DNA of 64,000 bases, from assembly GCA_030614255.1 (NCBI GenBank), contig JAUWKI010000001.1, positions 1,603-65,602 on the forward strand, in the 5' to 3' direction. Positions within the stretch are counted from its first letter, which is position 1; every line of letters starts with the position of its first letter. Source of the DNA: Actinomycetes bacterium. GTDB taxonomy: Bacteria > Actinomycetota > Aquicultoria > UBA3085 > Oleimmundimicrobiaceae. The translations under genes and the position numbers were made by a program. Below, in pieces: positions 50,158-58,906 of the stretch. The notes beneath the pieces were generated by a model. It made no database searches and was not told the origin of the DNA. It saw only the letters and a list, made by a program, of their open reading frames with translations.

Positions 50158-51252
50158 ATGAAGCACTTAAAAAATAAGTATATGCAAAGAGCAATAGAGC
50201 TGGCTGAAAGAGGAAGAGGTCGAACGAGCCCGAATCCCTTAGTCGGAGCAGTTATAGTTAAAAACGATGCGATTGTTGGGGAAGGGTATCATGCTGGGGC
50301 CGGTGAGTCACACGCTGAAATAAATGCGATTAATCATGCGACTGAAATTTTAGATGATGCTACCTTATATGTAACGCTTGAACCGTGTTGCAGTTATGGA
50401 AGGACACCGCCTTGTACCCGGGCAATTATATCTTCCAAGATAAAGAAAGTTATCGTCGGATTAATCGATCCAAATTTAAAAGTTTGTGGCAAAGGGATAG
50501 ATGAACTTAAAAAAGCCCAAATCGAAGTCGAAGTTGGTGTAGATGAAAAGGAGATAACGAAACAAAACGAAGTATATATTAAGTACATTTCTACCAAAAT
50601 GCCTTTTGTGCTCACAAAGTCAGCAATTAGCTTTGATGGAAAAATAACATCTAAAGATGGTCGGCCGATGTGGATTACGGGTAAAGAGTCAAGAGAGCAT
50701 GTTCATCTGTTGAGAGATAGAAACGATGCAATTATGGTAGGAATAGGTACCGTTATAGCAGATGATCCTATGCTTACAGTACGTTTAGGCCAAAAAGAGA
50801 CCAAGAATCCGTTAAGGGTTATCGTTGATAGTAACGCGAAGCTCTCGTTGGATTCAAAGATTGTAAAAACAGCAGGTGAAGTGCCTACTCTGTTGGCGGT
50901 AACCGAGAATGCACCAGGAAAGAAAACAAAGGCCTTAATCAACAAGAAGGTTGAAGTTTTAGTATTGCCCAACGAGAGTAATGGGGTTAATTTAAAATCT
51001 CTCTTTACAGAGCTTGGTGAACGTGAAATTACAAGTGTAATCCTAGAAGGTGGTGCGCGTTTAATATCTTCTGCCTTAAGAGAAAATTTGGTAGACAAGA
51101 TGATTTTTTTTATAGCTCCAAAAGTAATTGGTGGGGATAGTTCACTCAACTTTATTGATGATAAAGAGATTTCTTTCGATTTTAATTTCGAGAAATGTAG
51201 ATTAATTGGTGGAGATTTACTAGTAGAGATCTATCCTAAACGAACAAATTGA
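50158..51252 (+). CDS. ribD: bifunctional riboflavin biosynthesis deaminase/reductase RibD
   Basis: HAEINAI and LEPCCSYGRTPPC zinc-deaminase motifs; C-terminal reductase domain; ATG 50158 (ORF-track TTG 50146 lies in the terminator T-run). Confidence 0.9.
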   Translation: MKHLKNKYMQRAIELAERGRGRTSPNPLVGAVIVKNDAIVGEGYHAGAGESHAEINAINHATEILDDATLYVTLEPCCSYGRTPPCTRAIISSKIKKVIVGLIDPNLKVCGKGIDELKKAQIEVEVGVDEKEITKQNEVYIKYISTKMPFVLTKSAISFDGKITSKDGRPMWITGKESREHVHLLRDRNDAIMVGIGTVIADDPMLTVRLGQKETKNPLRVIVDSNAKLSLDSKIVKTAGEVPTLLAVTENAPGKKTKALINKKVEVLVLPNESNGVNLKSLFTELGEREITSVILEGGARLISSALRENLVDKMIFFIAPKVIGGDSSLNFIDDKEISFDFNFEKCRLIGGDLLVEIYPKRTN

Positions 51253-51270
51253 CAGGTTATTGGTGATGAG

Positions 51271-51918
51271 ATGTTTACGGGTATCATAGAAGAACTGGGA
51301 AAAGTGCAGTCTGTTCAGAAAGGCAAAAACACTTGTTCAGTTACAATTTATGCACCTAATATATGTAAAGATATTCAAATAGGTGATTCTATCGCAGTTA
51401 ATGGAACTTGCTTAACTGTGATAGAACAACATAGCAATAATTTTAAGGCTGATATTATGCCAGAAACATTAAGGAAAACGAATCTGGGTGTCCTGAAAAA
51501 AGGAGAGATGGTCAATCTTGAAAAGGCATTAAAACTTTCTGATCAGCTAGGAGGTCATATGGTGTCCGGCCATATAGATGAGGTTGGAAAGATAGTTTCA
51601 AAGAAAAGGGAGAAAAATGCAGTTATTTTAGAGATTGAAACAAAATCACATGTTATAGAAGGTCTTATACTTAAAGGTTCAGTTGCAGTTGATGGGGTTA
51701 GTCTCACGGTAATGACAGTTTCGGAGAACTCTTTTGCTGTATCTATTATTCCACATACTGCAAAAACAACGACTTTGGGTCTCAAGAAACAGGGCAAGAT
51801 GGTAAATATCGAAACCGACTTAGTGGCAAAACACATTAAGAAGTTTTTAAGTGTCCCAAAAAAGAGTCTAACAACAGAAAAACTAGAAAGATTTGGATAT
51901 TTTGAGAAGGGAGGTTGA
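51271..51918 (+). CDS. ribE: riboflavin synthase alpha subunit
   Basis: [12 protein letters not shown]; two lumazine-binding repeats ([13 protein letters not shown] / [12 protein letters not shown]). Confidence 0.9.
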   Translation: MFTGIIEELGKVQSVQKGKNTCSVTIYAPNICKDIQIGDSIAVNGTCLTVIEQHSNNFKADIMPETLRKTNLGVLKKGEMVNLEKALKLSDQLGGHMVSGHIDEVGKIVSKKREKNAVILEIETKSHVIEGLILKGSVAVDGVSLTVMTVSENSFAVSIIPHTAKTTTLGLKKQGKMVNIETDLVAKHIKKFLSVPKKSLTTEKLERFGYFEKGG

Positions 51919-51919
51919 A

Positions 51920-53125
51920 ATGCCGTTTAGTTCAATAGAAGAGGCTTTGGGGGACATAAAAAAAGGGGAAATAGTAATTGTTTGCGATGACGAGAACAGA
52001 GAAAACGAGGGAGACTTCGTTGTTGCCGCAGAGAAAGTGACTCCTGAAACGATAAATTTTATGGCAAAAAATGGACGCGGACTCATCTGTATGCCTTGTT
52101 CTGGCAAAAGACTTGATGAACTTAAAATTCCAGTAATGATAAAGAATAATACCAGCACAAACACGACTGCTTTCACAGTTTCAATTGGCGCTAAGAATAA
52201 AATCACAACGGGAATATCTGCTCACGATAGAGCAGCCACGATTCTTGCAGTCGTTGATCGCAATACGAGTTCTTCTGATATTTCAATGCCGGGACATGTC
52301 TTTCCTCTAAGAGCAAGAGAGGGAGGGGTTCTTGAAAGAGCGGGTCACACCGAAGCAGCAGTCGACCTAGCTAGGTTAGCCGAGCTTTATCCTGCTGGAG
52401 TTATCTGTGAAATCATGAATGATGATGGAACAATGGCAAGACTTCCCCAGTTAAAAAGAGTAGCTGAGAAGTTCGACTTAAAGATGATAACAGTAATTGA
52501 TTTAATAAAATACCGACGTCTAACCGAGAAATTGGTCAAACGGGTTGTAGAGATAAACCTACCGACGAGATTTGGAAAATTTAAGGTGATAGCCCATGAA
52601 AGCTTAATAGATAATGAATGTCATATCACTTTCATGAAAGGCGAGGTTAGCGGAGAAAAAAATGTGCTTGTGAGGGTCCATTCTGAATGTCTGACCGGTG
52701 ACATCTTTCATTCACTAAGGTGCGATTGCGGTAGCCAACTAGAAGTTGCTCTTAAAAAGATTGAGGATGAAGGAGAGGGTGTGCTTCTTTATATAATTGG
52801 CCAGGAAGGCAGGGGAGTCGGGTTAATAAATAAACTAAGGGCTTATGAATTACAAGAACAAGGCAAAGATACCGTAGAGGCCAATGAACATCTTGGTTTC
52901 TCCCCAGACTTAAGGGATTATGGCATTGGAGCCCAGGTCTTGGCTGACTTGGGATTATCGACCATACGTTTAATGACAAATAATCCGACCAAAATTATAG
53001 GGCTAGAGGGTTATGGCTTGAAAATCACAGAAAGGGTTCCCCTGGAAACAGTTCCCACTAAAGAAAATATAAAATATTTAAAAACAAAAAAAGGGAAAAT
53101 GAACCATTTACTAGACAATGTTTAA
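51920..53125 (+). CDS. ribBA: bifunctional 3,4-dihydroxy-2-butanone-4-phosphate synthase / GTP cyclohydrolase II
   Basis: DHBP synthase RENEGD motif; GCH-II zinc motif [15 protein letters not shown]; likely start ATG 51920 after RBS gaagggagg. Confidence 0.9.
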   Translation: MPFSSIEEALGDIKKGEIVIVCDDENRENEGDFVVAAEKVTPETINFMAKNGRGLICMPCSGKRLDELKIPVMIKNNTSTNTTAFTVSIGAKNKITTGISAHDRAATILAVVDRNTSSSDISMPGHVFPLRAREGGVLERAGHTEAAVDLARLAELYPAGVICEIMNDDGTMARLPQLKRVAEKFDLKMITVIDLIKYRRLTEKLVKRVVEINLPTRFGKFKVIAHESLIDNECHITFMKGEVSGEKNVLVRVHSECLTGDIFHSLRCDCGSQLEVALKKIEDEGEGVLLYIIGQEGRGVGLINKLRAYELQEQGKDTVEANEHLGFSPDLRDYGIGAQVLADLGLSTIRLMTNNPTKIIGLEGYGLKITERVPLETVPTKENIKYLKTKKGKMNHLLDNV

Positions 53126-53145
53126 AAAAGATAAGGAGGATTATT

Positions 53146-53610
53146 ATGAAAAATTATGAGGGAAAATTGATTGCCAAAGGCCTAAAGTTTGGAATTGTTG
53201 TAAGTCGATTCAATGAATTTCTAAGCACAAAACTCTTGGAAGGGGCCCTGGACGCATTTAAAAGACACGATGCCAGTCTTGATGACATCGAAGTTGCCTG
53301 GACCCCTGGTTCTTATGAAATTCCACTAGTAGCCAAAAAGATGGTCGATTCAGGCAATCACGATGCAGTAATTTGTCTCGGAGTGATCGTTAGAGGTGAA
53401 ACTCCGCACTTTGAATATATTGCCAGCGAAACCGCAAAGGGTATCGCCAAGATTGGATTAGATTCGGGAACTCCTGTAATATTCGGAATTATCACGTCCG
53501 ACGATCTTGAGCAAGCAATTGAGCGTGCAGGCATGAAGTCGGGCAACAAGGGCTGGCAAGCAGCTCTATCGGCAATTGAAATGGTGAATTTAATTAAAGA
53601 GCTAGGTTGA
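53146..53610 (+). CDS. ribH: 6,7-dimethyl-8-ribityllumazine synthase
   Basis: 154 aa; [10 protein letters not shown]...[11 protein letters not shown] lumazine synthase pattern. Confidence 0.9.
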   Translation: MKNYEGKLIAKGLKFGIVVSRFNEFLSTKLLEGALDAFKRHDASLDDIEVAWTPGSYEIPLVAKKMVDSGNHDAVICLGVIVRGETPHFEYIASETAKGIAKIGLDSGTPVIFGIITSDDLEQAIERAGMKSGNKGWQAALSAIEMVNLIKELG

Positions 53611-53635
53611 TGCATATTGTGGGACGGTGTTAAAG

Positions 53636-53992
53636 ATGTATGTAAAAAAACCATGGGGCGAGTTTAAACAACTTGCTCTCAACCAAACGTGTTCGGTTAA
53701 GCTACTTACGATAAATCCCGGACAGGAAACAAGCCTACACTTCCATAATTTAAGAGACGATATGTGGGTAATTTTAGACAAAGGCATCAAAGTTCAAATC
53801 GGTGATAAAATTTACGACACTAAGCCCGGAGACGAATTTGTTATTCCCGCCGAAGAGAACCACCGAATTATTTCTTCAAAAAACAAAGTACGCGTTCTCG
53901 AAATCGCTTTTGGTTACACAAACGAAGAAGATACCCATCGACTAGCTGATGATTACGGGAGAAGACTGGAACAGTCTAAGAAGAATCGCTAA
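53636..53992 (+). CDS. cupin-domain protein (mannose-6-phosphate-isomerase-like small cupin)
   Basis: KKPWGEF...SLHFH...PGDEFVIPAEENHRI cupin motifs; 118 aa. Confidence 0.55.
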   Translation: MYVKKPWGEFKQLALNQTCSVKLLTINPGQETSLHFHNLRDDMWVILDKGIKVQIGDKIYDTKPGDEFVIPAEENHRIISSKNKVRVLEIAFGYTNEEDTHRLADDYGRRLEQSKKNR

Positions 53993-54057
53993 TAGAAATA
54001 AGGGCTAAGTAAACGATTTTAACGGACACATATTTTGAAAATAATGAATTAGTTTGT

Positions 54058-54086
54058 GGCCAGAAGTAACTTTTGGCCATTTTTAT
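54058..54086 (+). terminator. rho-independent terminator after the rib/cupin operon
   Basis: ggccagaag taa cttttggcc (9 bp with one G.U pair) followed by atttttat. Confidence 0.5.
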
Positions 54087-54102
54087 CGTTTTAATAAAAG
54101 GA

Positions 54103-54669
54103 ATGGTAGATGTGGAGCAGGAAAGTGACTTAAAATATATTGTTGAGAAATCGAAAAAGAACCCAGAAGCATTTATCGAGATATACGATTTGTTCTTTGA
54201 TAAAATTTACGGTTATGTCTATTACAAAGTGGGCAACACGGAAGACGCAGAGGATATAACAGAACAAGTTTTTTTGAAAGCATTGGAAGCAATCGGGAAA
54301 TTTAAATGGAAAGGGGCTTACTTTTCATCATGGCTTTTCAGAATAGCCCGCAATCAAATAATCGATCATTTCAGAAGGCAAGCAAAATCAGCCGATAGTT
54401 TAACCGATGACCAGATAAACAAGATCCCAGATAAAAAGGAAAATTTGGAAGAAATAATCGAAGCAAGATTGTCGCTGGAAAATGTAGAAAAAGCAATCTT
54501 GAGATTAACCGAGGAACAGCAAAATGTAATCATTTTAAAATTCTTAAGCGGTTTTTCTAACGCGGAAATCGCAAAGTTTTTCAACAAATCAGAAGGTGCC
54601 GTAAAAGCCCTCCAGCATAGAGCATTAAGCTCCTTAAGAAAAATTAAGGGAGAGTTATTAAATGAATAG
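54103..54669 (+). CDS. ECF (sigma-70 group 4) RNA polymerase sigma factor
   Basis: Region 2 (FIEIYDLFFDKIYGYVYYKV, TEQVFLKALEAIGKF) and region 4 HTH (LSGFSNAEIAKFFNKSEGAVKALQHRA); ATG 54103 after RBS aaaagga. Confidence 0.8.
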   Translation: MVDVEQESDLKYIVEKSKKNPEAFIEIYDLFFDKIYGYVYYKVGNTEDAEDITEQVFLKALEAIGKFKWKGAYFSSWLFRIARNQIIDHFRRQAKSADSLTDDQINKIPDKKENLEEIIEARLSLENVEKAILRLTEEQQNVIILKFLSGFSNAEIAKFFNKSEGAVKALQHRALSSLRKIKGELLNE

Positions 54670-55603
54670 GAGCTTTAACGAAATCTTGGATAATTGTATA
54701 AATTTGATTAAACATGGTGAAGAAAATGTTGATGGGTGTTTGGCCAGGTATCCTGAATACAGTGAAGAATTAAAATCGCTTCTCAATATTTTTATTGCGA
54801 CGGGAAGGGTGCCGAAGCCAAAACCATCGGCTCAGTTCAAGCATGAAACTAGAGAACGATTGTTAAAACGAGCAAAATCGATAAGAACATCTTCTTTGTC
54901 TTTGAATCAAATTAAGCGCAAAAAGTTCCTATCGTTAAAGCCAGCATTTGTTCAAATAGCCGCAATGGTCCTTATTGTTGTGCTTTTGAGCGGGGGAGCG
55001 GCTATGGCTTCAACAAATAGTTTGCCAGGAGATCTTCTTTATCCTCTTAAGATTACTACTGAGAAGGTTCAACTTTCCTTAGCTTTTACTGAGATGACAA
55101 AGGCCCGGTTGCACTTAAAGTTTGCAGAAAGGCGTTTAGAAGAGGTAAAAATTCTTACTTATGACAGAAAAGAGGTTGAACTTGCTAACATTATAAATTC
55201 TATGACGGAACATTTAAACAAAGCTATGAGCCTAGTAAACAAGATGCCAAAGGAAAGAAGAGAAGAGATGTTGCTGGAAATATCACAGTTTGTCCAACGT
55301 GAGCAGAAATCGTTGCAAGAAGCTGTAGAAAAGGCGTCAAGTGAGGATAAAAAGACCATAAAAGATACTATCGAAGCAACCAGAGAAGATGGTTCGGAAG
55401 ATGGACTGAAATATGAAAATTCAGAAACAGAAACCAAGGGAAAAGAAGAGAAGACAAAAGAGGAATTTCATGATGCCCAGGGTGGAATAGAGAATAATTC
55501 GGATGATAGTTTGAGTGATATCAACGATGCTTCCTCTGGTTCGGAGTCTCGGAACAATGAATCTGAAAGAACTGATTTTATGAAAGAATCTTTAAAGAGA
55601 TAA
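54662..55603 (+). CDS. putative single-pass transmembrane anti-sigma factor with acidic Ser/Glu/Asp-rich C-terminal tail
   Basis: Start overlaps the sigma gene stop (translational coupling); N-terminal cytoplasmic ~80 aa, one TM helix (FVQIAAMVLIVVLLSGGAAMA), extracytoplasmic coiled-coil/acidic domain. Confidence 0.55.
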   Translation: MNRSFNEILDNCINLIKHGEENVDGCLARYPEYSEELKSLLNIFIATGRVPKPKPSAQFKHETRERLLKRAKSIRTSSLSLNQIKRKKFLSLKPAFVQIAAMVLIVVLLSGGAAMASTNSLPGDLLYPLKITTEKVQLSLAFTEMTKARLHLKFAERRLEEVKILTYDRKEVELANIINSMTEHLNKAMSLVNKMPKERREEMLLEISQFVQREQKSLQEAVEKASSEDKKTIKDTIEATREDGSEDGLKYENSETETKGKEEKTKEEFHDAQGGIENNSDDSLSDINDASSGSESRNNESERTDFMKESLKR

Positions 55604-55742
55604 ATTTTATTCAAAGTAAAGTTTAATCGGATTAAAGTCGATAATTATATATGAGAACCCCCTGAGGTTGCTGGGTGAGACTCATAAAAGTTTAAATTGT
55701 AGCAGACCTTGAGACAACTCCAAAGGGTTCTCTTTTTTATAG

Positions 55743-55985
55743 TTACTTTTTATTGGTTGGCTTATCACTTGAAGAGTTGCCTGAAGAATTTGATGTAAGC
55801 GATTTTTTACTGCAAGAGTCAGTTTTATAGAAGCCGGATCCTTTGAAAATTATTCCTACTGGGTGAAAAATTTTCTTTGTTTTTCCTCCACAAAACTCAC
55901 ATTTAATTTCAGGTGTTTCGGTTATCTTGTGAATTATCTCTAAATCGACCCCACATTTTTCACATTTATAATTATAAATAGGCAT
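55743..55985 (-). CDS. FmdB-family zinc-ribbon protein
   Basis: MPIYNYKCEKCG...IKCEFCGGK paired CxxC zinc ribbon; true start ATG at 55985 (RBS aaaggag) inside the longer ORF-track ORF. Confidence 0.7.
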   Translation of the reverse strand: MPIYNYKCEKCGVDLEIIHKITETPEIKCEFCGGKTKKIFHPVGIIFKGSGFYKTDSCSKKSLTSNSSGNSSSDKPTNKK

Positions 55986-56451
55986 ATACCGCGACTCCTT
56001 TAATAAATATATAAGCCCCAAGTAACCAACAATCCAGTCTTTAAAATTCATCTCTTCCGGCACAGGGGCCTCTTTGCCAAAAAAGCAATTTGGTTACCAT
56101 GTGCTTTCTGAGACGAATAAAACCAAACTGTAAACTTCTTGGAGCTTACGTTAAATAATATCAATCAATCTAAAAAAGTCAATAACACTTTGAGTCATGT
56201 TGTTAAAATAAGGTTATATAAGGTTATAATTCAGTATTTTTGATTGTCTTAAATAAACTCCAAGATTATTTGGTACCAATGTGTCATAAGATGCTTTAAT
56301 TAACATTAATTCTAGCGATTTTTTCGTTTGCAGATGGTTTATATGATAAAATTAATCTGTAAAGTTTGTGATAAATTTAACTAGTTGTGAAGGAAAATCC
56401 TAAATTTTATAGAAATGTTCAATAGTCTGATTATGGAATAGGAGAATGTAA

Positions 56452-58473
56452 GTGAAACCCAAGAATGAATTAATAGAACAAAGAGAATTTCATGCAATTC
56501 TCTCCAGTATCGCTGATGGAGTAATATTAACAGACCGCAAAGGCAGAATTATACATATAAGCTCGCCAGCCGAGTCCATGTTGAACATTGAAGCCGATGA
56601 GATTGTGGGAAAAAGTATATCCATCTCTACTTTAATAGGAAAAGAACGTCAAACCAAGAAAGGTTTAGTTTTTTGTTGGGAAGAAAAGGATTGCAAAGAG
56701 AAAAGTTGCCCTGTCTATAAGAGAGATAACTCCCGGTGTTGGACTGTCACCGACACCTGTCCTAATAGTGTTAAACAAGGAGTTTTTAGAAAAAAGATAA
56801 GACATTGTCAAACCTGCGAGGTATTTGAGCGGAATTCAAAAATACTCGAAGAACCCGCGGTAATGCTAGTTAAGGAAGTATCAATAAGTGAGCCCCAGAA
56901 TAAGGTTTTGCAAATAAAGACCAATCCAATTGTTGACGAGGAAGGAAATTTTCTCGGTTTAGTGAGAACTCTTCATGACATTACGCTTGAGCGGGAAATG
57001 AGTGCCATGAAGGATGAGTTTGTTTCGACCGTATCACATGATTTTCGCATTCCTTTAACCTCAATAAAGGGCTACGTTGACCTCATCTTGGATGGTGAAG
57101 CTGGAGAATTTAACGAAATGCAAAAAGAGTTTTTAACAATCGTCAAACAGAACAGTGATCGACTCATCAGTTTAATTAACGATTTTTTAGATATCTCGAG
57201 AATTGAGTCTGGGAAGATGAATTTTAACATTAAACCCGAGAATTTAAAGTCACTAGTTCAAGAGGTTGTTAACACTTTTCAGAAATTTATCGATGAAAAG
57301 AAAATGGAAATCGACTTAAAATTATCAGACAAGCTGCCAAAAGTATTAGTCGATCATGACAGAATAATCCAAGTTCTCAATAACCTGGTAAGTAACGCGG
57401 TCAAATATACTCCTCCTATGGGAAAAGTTAAAGTAGCTGTCATTAAGAAAAAGAACTATATTGTCGTTTCCGTATCCGATACCGGCGTTGGAATTTCTAC
57501 CAAAGATCAAGAAAAACTGTTTACAAAATTTTATAGGGTAGATAGCTCCCTTATAAAAGAAACGGGTGGAAGTGGGTTAGGTCTATCCATATGTAAAACG
57601 ATAATTGAACGACATGGGGGGAAAATCTGGGTCAAAAGCGAAGAGAATAAGGGTAGCACGTTTAGTTTTTCCTTACCGGCATTAAAAACAGAAGTTAAAC
57701 CTCAACTAATAAAACAGGGAATGAGGATACTCGTAGTCGATGATGAACCTGATATATCGAAGCTAATTCAACTTTACCTTGAGAAAGAAGGATATTATGT
57801 ACTCAAAGCTTTCGATGGATTAAAGGCTCTTGAAATGGCCAAAAAAGAGCATCCCGACCTTATCACTCTAGATATAATGATGGGCAAAGTTGACGGATTC
57901 GAGGTTTTAAAAAAGCTTAAAGAAGATACTCACACGGCCTCTATTCCTGTAATTGTTTTGTCCGTTATTTTAGACGAAAAGAGAGGATACCGATTAGGAG
58001 CAGCCGACTATCTTCCAAAATCGGTTGACAAGAAAAAGCTTATTGAAAGTATCAACAAAATAATTGGAGAAAAGGGTCAGCCGGAAAAAGAGAAGAGAGT
58101 CTTAGTTGTTGATGATGATAGAGACATTGTAAGTTTCATTGAGTTTAACCTCAGAAAAGCAAATTTTGATGTGCTTAAAGCCTATAATGGTATCGAAGCA
58201 CTTAAAATTTTAAAAAAACAAAAACCCGATATTATCCTTCTCGATCTTAGAATGCCAGAAATGGACGGATATGAGGTGCTTGGTGCGATAAAGAAGGATA
58301 AGGGGCTATCTGGAATTCCCGTTATTATCATGACCGCTTACGATCTTGACCGCGAAAAGGCCGAAGTTTTGGATTTAGCTGTAGACAAAGTTTCAAAACC
58401 TTTTTCGATGAGAATGCTTACATCGAGAATAAAAGAGACTTTAGGAAACGACAAGGGTGAAGAAGATGGATAA
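56452..58473 (+). CDS. hybrid sensor histidine kinase: PAS - Cys-rich module - HisKA - HATPase_c - REC - REC
   Basis: H-box STVSHDFRIPLTSIKGY; N/G boxes (LVSNAVKYT, DTGVGIS, GGSGLGLSICK); two receiver domains (VVDDEPD...LDIMM; VVDDDRD...LDLRMPEMDG); GTG start after RBS ggaatagga. Confidence 0.85.
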   Translation: MKPKNELIEQREFHAILSSIADGVILTDRKGRIIHISSPAESMLNIEADEIVGKSISISTLIGKERQTKKGLVFCWEEKDCKEKSCPVYKRDNSRCWTVTDTCPNSVKQGVFRKKIRHCQTCEVFERNSKILEEPAVMLVKEVSISEPQNKVLQIKTNPIVDEEGNFLGLVRTLHDITLEREMSAMKDEFVSTVSHDFRIPLTSIKGYVDLILDGEAGEFNEMQKEFLTIVKQNSDRLISLINDFLDISRIESGKMNFNIKPENLKSLVQEVVNTFQKFIDEKKMEIDLKLSDKLPKVLVDHDRIIQVLNNLVSNAVKYTPPMGKVKVAVIKKKNYIVVSVSDTGVGISTKDQEKLFTKFYRVDSSLIKETGGSGLGLSICKTIIERHGGKIWVKSEENKGSTFSFSLPALKTEVKPQLIKQGMRILVVDDEPDISKLIQLYLEKEGYYVLKAFDGLKALEMAKKEHPDLITLDIMMGKVDGFEVLKKLKEDTHTASIPVIVLSVILDEKRGYRLGAADYLPKSVDKKKLIESINKIIGEKGQPEKEKRVLVVDDDRDIVSFIEFNLRKANFDVLKAYNGIEALKILKKQKPDIILLDLRMPEMDGYEVLGAIKKDKGLSGIPVIIMTAYDLDREKAEVLDLAVDKVSKPFSMRMLTSRIKETLGNDKGEEDG

Positions 58474-58906
58474 GACGAAAATACTAATTGTGGATGATGA
58501 TTTAAATATTTCCCGATTACTTAAGTTTAAGCTCAACAAAGAGGGCTATGATACATTAGAGGCCCACGATGGAGAAGAAGCGCTGATAAAAGCAAATTCC
58601 TTCAGACCAAACTTAATATTACTTGATATTATGATGCCCAAGATGAGTGGTTGGGAGGTTAATAAAGAGCTAAGGAAACATCCGGAACTGAGAAGAGTTC
58701 CCGTAATAATGGTAACCGCGGTGGACCGATTAGATGAGCAGCTTAAAAGTCTTAGTGAGAAAAATATTAAGGACTATATAACTAAACCTTTCAATTTTTC
58801 GGAACTAGTAAATACGGTAAAACGAGTTTTGGGTCAACAAATTAAGAACAATTCAGAGAGTAGCTTTAGTTTAGGCAAAAATAAGCAAGGAGAGCTGAAT
58901 GAGTAA
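58466..58906 (+). CDS. single-domain (CheY-like) response regulator receiver
   Basis: ILIVDDD...ILLDIMMPKMSG...TKPF receiver motifs; no output domain; start overlaps the stop of the upstream kinase. Confidence 0.8.
   Translation: MDKTKILIVDDDLNISRLLKFKLNKEGYDTLEAHDGEEALIKANSFRPNLILLDIMMPKMSGWEVNKELRKHPELRRVPVIMVTAVDRLDEQLKSLSEKNIKDYITKPFNFSELVNTVKRVLGQQIKNNSESSFSLGKNKQGELNE

Noticed and set aside
56063-56064. Long N-terminal extension of the FmdB ORF (MPEEMNFKDWIVGYLGLIYLLKESRY…, ORF-track start 56063)
   Set aside because: FmdB-family proteins begin MPIYxYxCxxCG. A good RBS (aaaggag) precedes the internal ATG at 55985, so I consider the 26-codon extension read-through of the upstream open frame, not translated sequence.
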